From positions 180,001 through 212,000 of the forward strand of contig NC_007181.1 in the NCBI RefSeq assembly GCF_000012285.1: 32,000 nucleotides of DNA. Direction: 5' to 3'. A program made the position numbers and the translations under genes. Each line of letters starts with the position of its first letter. Position 1 is the stretch's first letter. Shown piece by piece: positions 27,319 to 32,000 of the stretch. This DNA comes from Sulfolobus acidocaldarius DSM 639 (lineage in GTDB: Archaea > Thermoproteota > Thermoprotei_A > Sulfolobales > Sulfolobaceae). The notes under the pieces are model-generated. The model was not told the origin of the DNA and did not search any database. It worked only from the letters and a program-made list of their open reading frames with translations.

Positions 27319-28218
27319 ATGTTAATACTCTCAACTGAAAAACTTCCAGATGAATGTAAGAGACTACTGCCTAATGCAAGGGATCAATTCAATGAAGACG
27401 ATGTGCCAAAAGCAGACATTTTAATGTTATGGCCCCTTCAAGCTAAGGTGTTTTTACCAAAGGCTAAATCTGTGAAAGCAGTCCAGACTTTTTCTGCAGG
27501 TGTGGATGACTTCCCATTTTCTCTCTTACCTAAAGGAGTAGATGTTTTTTCAAATGCGGGAGCTTACTCAGTTTCAGTTGCTGAACACGCTTTTGCTTTG
27601 ATAATGACTTTAGCCAAGGGTATAGGAAAGAGAGATAGAACATTTAGACCATATCCATTAACTGGTGTAAATTTAATGGTCTTAGGAGGAGGAGGTATAG
27701 GCTCAGAGGTAGCAAGAATAGGCAAAATGGGCTTTAACATGTATGTCATAGGTGTTTCTAGATCCTTTAAGAGACCTGAGCTTTTCGACGAGAAGCATAA
27801 CATCTCTGAGCTGAAGGACATAATAGGCAAGGCTGATATCATAGTAGATACACTACCTTTAACTAAATTAACAGACGGTATTCTCAACTACGATATGCTC
27901 TCTAGGGTAAAGGAAAATGCAATCATTGTGAACGTAGGTAGGGGGGAGACAGTTGTGGAGGAAGATGTCTACAGATTATTAAAGGAGAGGAAGGATGTTA
28001 GGTTTGGTACAGACGTATTTTGGAGGAAGAATGGGGTTGAGGACTTTAACAGTAAGTTGTGGGAACTGGATAACTTCACCGGAACTCCTCATACTGGAGG
28101 AGCTTATGGAAATGATGTGGTAAAGACAAATGCTATAATTGAAGCTTGTAAGAATGTATACAACTACATTACAAGTGGAAAAGCTGAAAATAAAGTTAGA
28201 ATTGAGGATTATTTGTAG
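27319..28218 (+). CDS. D-isomer-specific 2-hydroxyacid dehydrogenase (glyoxylate/hydroxypyruvate reductase-like)
   Basis: 299-aa ORF that starts 1 nt after the mdh stop. NAD motif VLGGGGIGSEVARIG and the catalytic triad context NVGRGETV...E...TPHTGG. Confidence 0.75.
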   Translation: MLILSTEKLPDECKRLLPNARDQFNEDDVPKADILMLWPLQAKVFLPKAKSVKAVQTFSAGVDDFPFSLLPKGVDVFSNAGAYSVSVAEHAFALIMTLAKGIGKRDRTFRPYPLTGVNLMVLGGGGIGSEVARIGKMGFNMYVIGVSRSFKRPELFDEKHNISELKDIIGKADIIVDTLPLTKLTDGILNYDMLSRVKENAIIVNVGRGETVVEEDVYRLLKERKDVRFGTDVFWRKNGVEDFNSKLWELDNFTGTPHTGGAYGNDVVKTNAIIEACKNVYNYITSGKAENKVRIEDYL

Positions 28219-28281
28219 CATATAATCACATATAGAATTTTTTAAGGCAAATTTTTAAACTGATATGACCCTAAATAAATT

Positions 28282-28731
28282 GTGACTTACTGGATAATAC
28301 CGGTGCAAGAGGACTTCTGGGAGGCAGTGTCTTCGCTGAATGTATTTGGGCACAACAAGGAGAGGGCAACGAGATATATTAAGAAGGGAGACTTGCTCAT
28401 ATTTTATGTTAACAAGTATTACGCTAAAAGATTGGGAGGGATGTTTGTCGGGATATATAGGGTATCATCTGATTGGTATACTGACACTACACCGCTTTTT
28501 CCTGATGAAAAGTTACAAAATAAAGTTATTCACACCTATAGAATTAACATCGAACCATTATTAGCAGGCAAATGTCCAGTTAGAGATATACTTTATGAAC
28601 TTTCGTTCATAGAAGATAAGTTTCAATTTTCAAAATTTCTCAGAAACGTTCCAGGTAATCTCAGGAGACCTGTACCTGTAAGTGATGCGAAACTTATAGA
28701 GGAATGCATAAAGAAATCTAATGAAGTATAA
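28282..28731 (+). CDS. PUA-like (EVE/ASCH-type) domain protein
   Basis: 149-aa ORF (GTG start). The N-terminal pattern [14 protein letters not shown]...[11 protein letters not shown]...[14 protein letters not shown] resembles an EVE/PUA-like beta-barrel. Assignment is by pattern only. Confidence 0.4.
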   Translation: MTYWIIPVQEDFWEAVSSLNVFGHNKERATRYIKKGDLLIFYVNKYYAKRLGGMFVGIYRVSSDWYTDTTPLFPDEKLQNKVIHTYRINIEPLLAGKCPVRDILYELSFIEDKFQFSKFLRNVPGNLRRPVPVSDAKLIEECIKKSNEV

Positions 28732-28778
28732 AACTCACTTTATCTATCACTTATAAACCTTCACCAATACTAAATTTT

Positions 28779-29942
28779 ATGATTAAAAGAAAACGCCTTC
28801 TAATGCACGTAGGACCAGTCGATATATACGACGAAGTTTTATATGCAGGATTAAAACATAATGTAGGGTTCTCATCAGAGGAGTTTGTACAGGCATTTCA
28901 ATTTTGCCTTAAGGAAACTAGGAAATTGTTCAGAGTGGATAACAGTTATCAGCCATTTATTATACCAGGCAGCGGAACCTCTGCTATGGAGAGTGTAACG
29001 TCTTTTTTGGGCAAAGACAATAAAGTCTTAGTTGCATCCAACGGCGTTTTTGGTGACAGATGGGTAAATATTTTCAAGAGATACCCTCTGAAAGTTGATT
29101 ATCTAGGTAGTGAGGTTGGGGATTACGTTTCAGTAGATAAGATAGAAGAAAAGGTAAGGAAAGAAAAATATGATCTAGTTACACTTACCCATGTCGAAAC
29201 AAGTACAGGTGTTAGACAACCTATAGAGGAGACAGTAAAGAGAATAAGAGACTACGTGGACTTAATAGTTGTTGATGGAGTCTCAAGTGTAGGAGCAGAG
29301 GAGGTAAGGGCTAAAGATTGGGGGGTTGACATTTACTTAACAGCTAGCCAAAAGGCAATAGGTGCTCCCCCAGGTTTAGGAATTTTAGTTGCCTCTGAAA
29401 AGGCTATGGAGTCGATTAAGGGGGATAGTGTAGCAGGCTATTACTTAGATTTAAGGAACTGGCTTCCTGTTATGAGGAATATGGAAGACGGAAAAGGATC
29501 ATACTTTGCAACACCACCAGTACACACTATATTCATGCTGGCGCAAGCCTTCAAGTTAATACAGGAGGAGGGATTGGATAACAGGATAAAGAGGCATGAA
29601 AAGGTCGCTAAAGTAATAAGGGCAGGTATAGAGAGTATGGGATTGCGACTTGTAGCTAAAAGACCAGAATCCTACAGTAACACTGTAACTGGAGTAATAT
29701 TAAATAAGGTAAGGGCTGAGGAGGTATTAAAAGAGATAGTTAATGAGGGAGTGGAACTAGCTCCAGGAGTTCATCCTGCTCTACAGGGTAGATATGTGAG
29801 AATAGGTCATATGGGATGGGTTACTCCTAACGACGCTGTAGTCACTATCTCAGCTGTTGAAAGAACCTTGAGAAAACTTGGAGAAGATATCAATGTGGGG
29901 AGTGGTGTGAGGTCTGCCCAAGCTTTTATACTAGATGGATAA
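28779..29942 (+). CDS. Class V aminotransferase (serine-glyoxylate / alanine-glyoxylate / serine-pyruvate type)
   Basis: 387-aa [31 protein letters not shown], and the PLP-lysine motif [14 protein letters not shown]. Confidence 0.8.
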   Translation: MIKRKRLLMHVGPVDIYDEVLYAGLKHNVGFSSEEFVQAFQFCLKETRKLFRVDNSYQPFIIPGSGTSAMESVTSFLGKDNKVLVASNGVFGDRWVNIFKRYPLKVDYLGSEVGDYVSVDKIEEKVRKEKYDLVTLTHVETSTGVRQPIEETVKRIRDYVDLIVVDGVSSVGAEEVRAKDWGVDIYLTASQKAIGAPPGLGILVASEKAMESIKGDSVAGYYLDLRNWLPVMRNMEDGKGSYFATPPVHTIFMLAQAFKLIQEEGLDNRIKRHEKVAKVIRAGIESMGLRLVAKRPESYSNTVTGVILNKVRAEEVLKEIVNEGVELAPGVHPALQGRYVRIGHMGWVTPNDAVVTISAVERTLRKLGEDINVGSGVRSAQAFILDG

Positions 29943-29951
29943 TCTATCCAT

Positions 29952-30617
29952 ATGGACCTATATGAGGCTATTAAGAAGAGAAGAGACGTAAGGAGTTACT
30001 ATAGGAAAGATCCCATACCTGATGAAGTCTTAGCAAAAATTTTAATGGCTGCACACTTAGCACCATCTGTAGGTTTTTCTCAGCCGTGGAACTTCATAAT
30101 TATCAGAGATATAGAAAAAAGGAAGAAGATAAAAGAGCTCGTCCAGAAGGAGAGGGAAAACTTTAGACAACAACTAAGTGAGGAGAGAAAAGAGATTTTT
30201 GATAGGATAAAAATAGAGGCAATACTAGATACACCAATTAACATAGCAGTAACATGTGACCCACAAAGGTTTGGTCCTAATGTATTAGGTAGAAGTACTA
30301 TGCCTTACTTATGTCAATATAGTACCGTTTTGGCGATCGAAAACCTATGGTTAGCATCTACTGCAGAAGGTATAGGAGTAGGTTGGGTAAGTTTCTTCCA
30401 TAAAGAAGACGTAAAGAGAATTTTAAATATTCCTGATTCAGTGGACTTAGTAGCTTACCTCACGTTAGGTTATGTAACTCATTTTCCGGACAGACCTGAA
30501 CTAGAGGAAAAGGGATGGCTCAAAAGGTTACCATTAGAGGATTTAGTATTTGAAGACGAATACGGAAAGAGACCATCAGATAACATGGTATTGGCAATCA
30601 AGAACGTGAAACTTTGA
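29952..30617 (+). CDS. Nitroreductase-family flavoprotein, BluB-like (5,6-dimethylbenzimidazole synthase candidate)
   Basis: 221-aa [48 protein letters not shown] is the BluB/nitroreductase N-terminal signature. Confidence 0.55.
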   Translation: MDLYEAIKKRRDVRSYYRKDPIPDEVLAKILMAAHLAPSVGFSQPWNFIIIRDIEKRKKIKELVQKERENFRQQLSEERKEIFDRIKIEAILDTPINIAVTCDPQRFGPNVLGRSTMPYLCQYSTVLAIENLWLASTAEGIGVGWVSFFHKEDVKRILNIPDSVDLVAYLTLGYVTHFPDRPELEEKGWLKRLPLEDLVFEDEYGKRPSDNMVLAIKNVKL

Positions 30618-30737
30618 CGAAAAGAGATTGAAAATCTGATTCATTTTCTATTTTACCCTTTAATTTTTATGGTGTAATGGAAATAAGTAGTTAGAGATGA
30701 AGAACCAGTCATGGTTTTACATTAATCATAGATTGAC

Positions 30738-30971
30738 TTAATTTGAGCTTTTCTTAAGCCTCTTAATAATTCTCAGTGTCATCTGACCAATTGAGAAGAC
30801 AAGCAAAAATTCTACTGTATACACTATAACTGAATACAATAGGAGAAAAGGTATAGAAGTAGCTAATTCATATACTATCTGTCCATAAATGACTCTTATA
30901 GCTTCTATTCCAATCCTTACATCTATAAATGTAAATAGGAGGGACAGTAGAGCGAAAATAACCAACTTCAT
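30738..30971 (-). CDS. Small membrane protein (2-3 TM), unknown function
   Basis: 77-aa hydrophobic ORF with a basic C-terminus (RIIKRLKKSSN). No homology recognised. Confidence 0.4.
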   Translation of the reverse strand: MKLVIFALLSLLFTFIDVRIGIEAIRVIYGQIVYELATSIPFLLLYSVIVYTVEFLLVFSIGQMTLRIIKRLKKSSN

Positions 30972-31083
30972 GCTTTTAGTATGGTTTAACCTTATAGATA
31001 AGCTTTACTTTTAGAAAGATCTTATTTTTTAAAAATGTATAAAGTGAAACTTTCGATGAATTACACTTATTCTACCAAAAGTG

Positions 31084-31569
31084 TTAAGAGGCTTTCTTCA
31101 GGTACGTTATAAGTCCACCAGTTATCAATATCTCTAATGGCATTCCTGAAATGCCCTTACCCTTCAATACTTTACTTCCGTTAACTACGATTTCCCCTGT
31201 CTCAACATTTACTCTTACTAGGTCACCCTGATTGATCTCTTTCGTAGCGTTCTGAAGTGTTATTACAGGTAGTCCGTTATTAATAGCGTTTCTGAAGAAA
31301 ATTCTGGCAAATGATTCTGCTATTATTGCCTTTACTCCCGCAGCCTTAAGAGCCATTGCAGCCTGTTCTCTGGAGGATCCCATTCCGAATACCTTCCCTG
31401 CTACAATTATCACTCCTGAAGAGGCTTTCTTATAGAACTCTGGATCTAATGGTTCCATCGCATGCTGGGCTAAATACTGTGGATCAGTATACTTTAGGTA
31501 CTTGGCGGGAATAATAATGTCTGTATCTATTTTGTCTCCAAATTTTAGGACTTTAGCTTCTATTATCAT
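31084..31569 (-). CDS. leuD: 3-isopropylmalate / homoaconitate dehydratase small subunit
   Basis: 161-aa ORF. Motifs [15 protein letters not shown] and [42 protein letters not shown] (aconitase swivel domain). Its ATG shares one base with the stop of the large-subunit gene (TAATG). Confidence 0.85.
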   Translation of the reverse strand: MIIEAKVLKFGDKIDTDIIIPAKYLKYTDPQYLAQHAMEPLDPEFYKKASSGVIIVAGKVFGMGSSREQAAMALKAAGVKAIIAESFARIFFRNAINNGLPVITLQNATKEINQGDLVRVNVETGEIVVNGSKVLKGKGISGMPLEILITGGLITYLKKAS

Positions 31570-32000
31570 TATAATCTCCTCGGGTCAGTTATTTTACCTT
31601 CTAATGCGGTAGCCGCAGCCACTGCGGGTCCTGATAGATAGACTTTTGCGTCAGGACTTCCCATTCTTCCTTTGAAGTTTCTTGAACTTGTTGAGATTAT
31701 TGTCTCTCCTGGACCCGCTATACCAAAGTGTCCTCCTAAACATGGACCGCATGTCCCATAAGTTATTATAGCCCCAGCATCAGCTAACGTCTGCACATAA
31801 CCTAGCTCTAATGCTTTCTTGAACAGCTGATAAGAGGCTGGAATCACAATTGTTCTTGTTTTAACTTTCTTTCCTTTCAATATCTTAGCTGCCATCTCAA
31901 GATCGCTTATTCTTCCGTTGGTGCAAGATCCTATGAAAACTTGATCTACTGGTGTACCTTCTACCTCATTTACGCTCTTTACGTTATCTACACTATGAGG
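31569..32000 (-). CDS. leuC: 3-isopropylmalate / homoaconitate dehydratase large subunit, C-terminal part (gene continues beyond the window)
   Basis: The frame is open to the window edge. My translation upstream of the track's Met gives ...[25 protein letters not shown]..., containing the aconitase-family IGSCTNGR cluster-ligand motif. [10 protein letters not shown] follows further downstream. Confidence 0.85.

Overview
The window looks like chromosomal DNA from a Sulfolobales crenarchaeon. It is AT-rich, TATA-like boxes sit about 25 nt upstream of start codons (leaderless-type promoters), TTG and GTG starts are frequent, and several adjacent genes overlap by 4 nt at start/stop. From memory, the KD(P)G aldolase N-terminus ([17 protein letters not shown]...) matches the Sulfolobus acidocaldarius enzyme; this was not verified here. 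I support about 35 protein-coding genes, mostly core metabolism and transport. These include the branched Entner-Doudoroff trio kdgA-kdgK-gapN, a methylcitrate-cycle block (prpD, prpB, citrate/2-methylcitrate synthase), and malate dehydrogenase followed by a 2-hydroxyacid dehydrogenase. Also present are a class-V (serine/alanine-glyoxylate type) aminotransferase, a BluB/nitroreductase-like protein, LeuD plus a partial LeuC, MoaB, MscS, a LysO-like exporter, an MFS transporter, a CDF transporter, an SDR and a HAD hydrolase. A B12-binding-domain radical SAM enzyme is likely the GDGT ring synthase GrsB. One ORF is a ferritin-like domain fused to an encapsulin shell. I found no rRNA, tRNA, CRISPR array or recognisable transposase. 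The only accessory-looking stretch is 2908-6299. It is a 3.4-kb AT-rich, ORF-poor island holding two tandem PaREP1-family paralogs that share a perfect 134-bp block, a 2.2-kb segment with no ORF of 63 codons or more in any frame, and a few sub-60-codon membrane-peptide ORFs, one of them split by a frameshift. Other points worth a second look are the citrate/methylcitrate synthase, whose conserved N-terminus has no canonical start codon (an ACG sits behind a strong Shine-Dalgarno motif), and an RHH-domain protein with a palindromic operator placed divergently from a short TldE/PmbA-like gene. A kinase-fold ORF also overlaps the encapsulin 3' end. I cannot point to a convincing, complete novel multi-gene system; the candidates below are ranked honestly.
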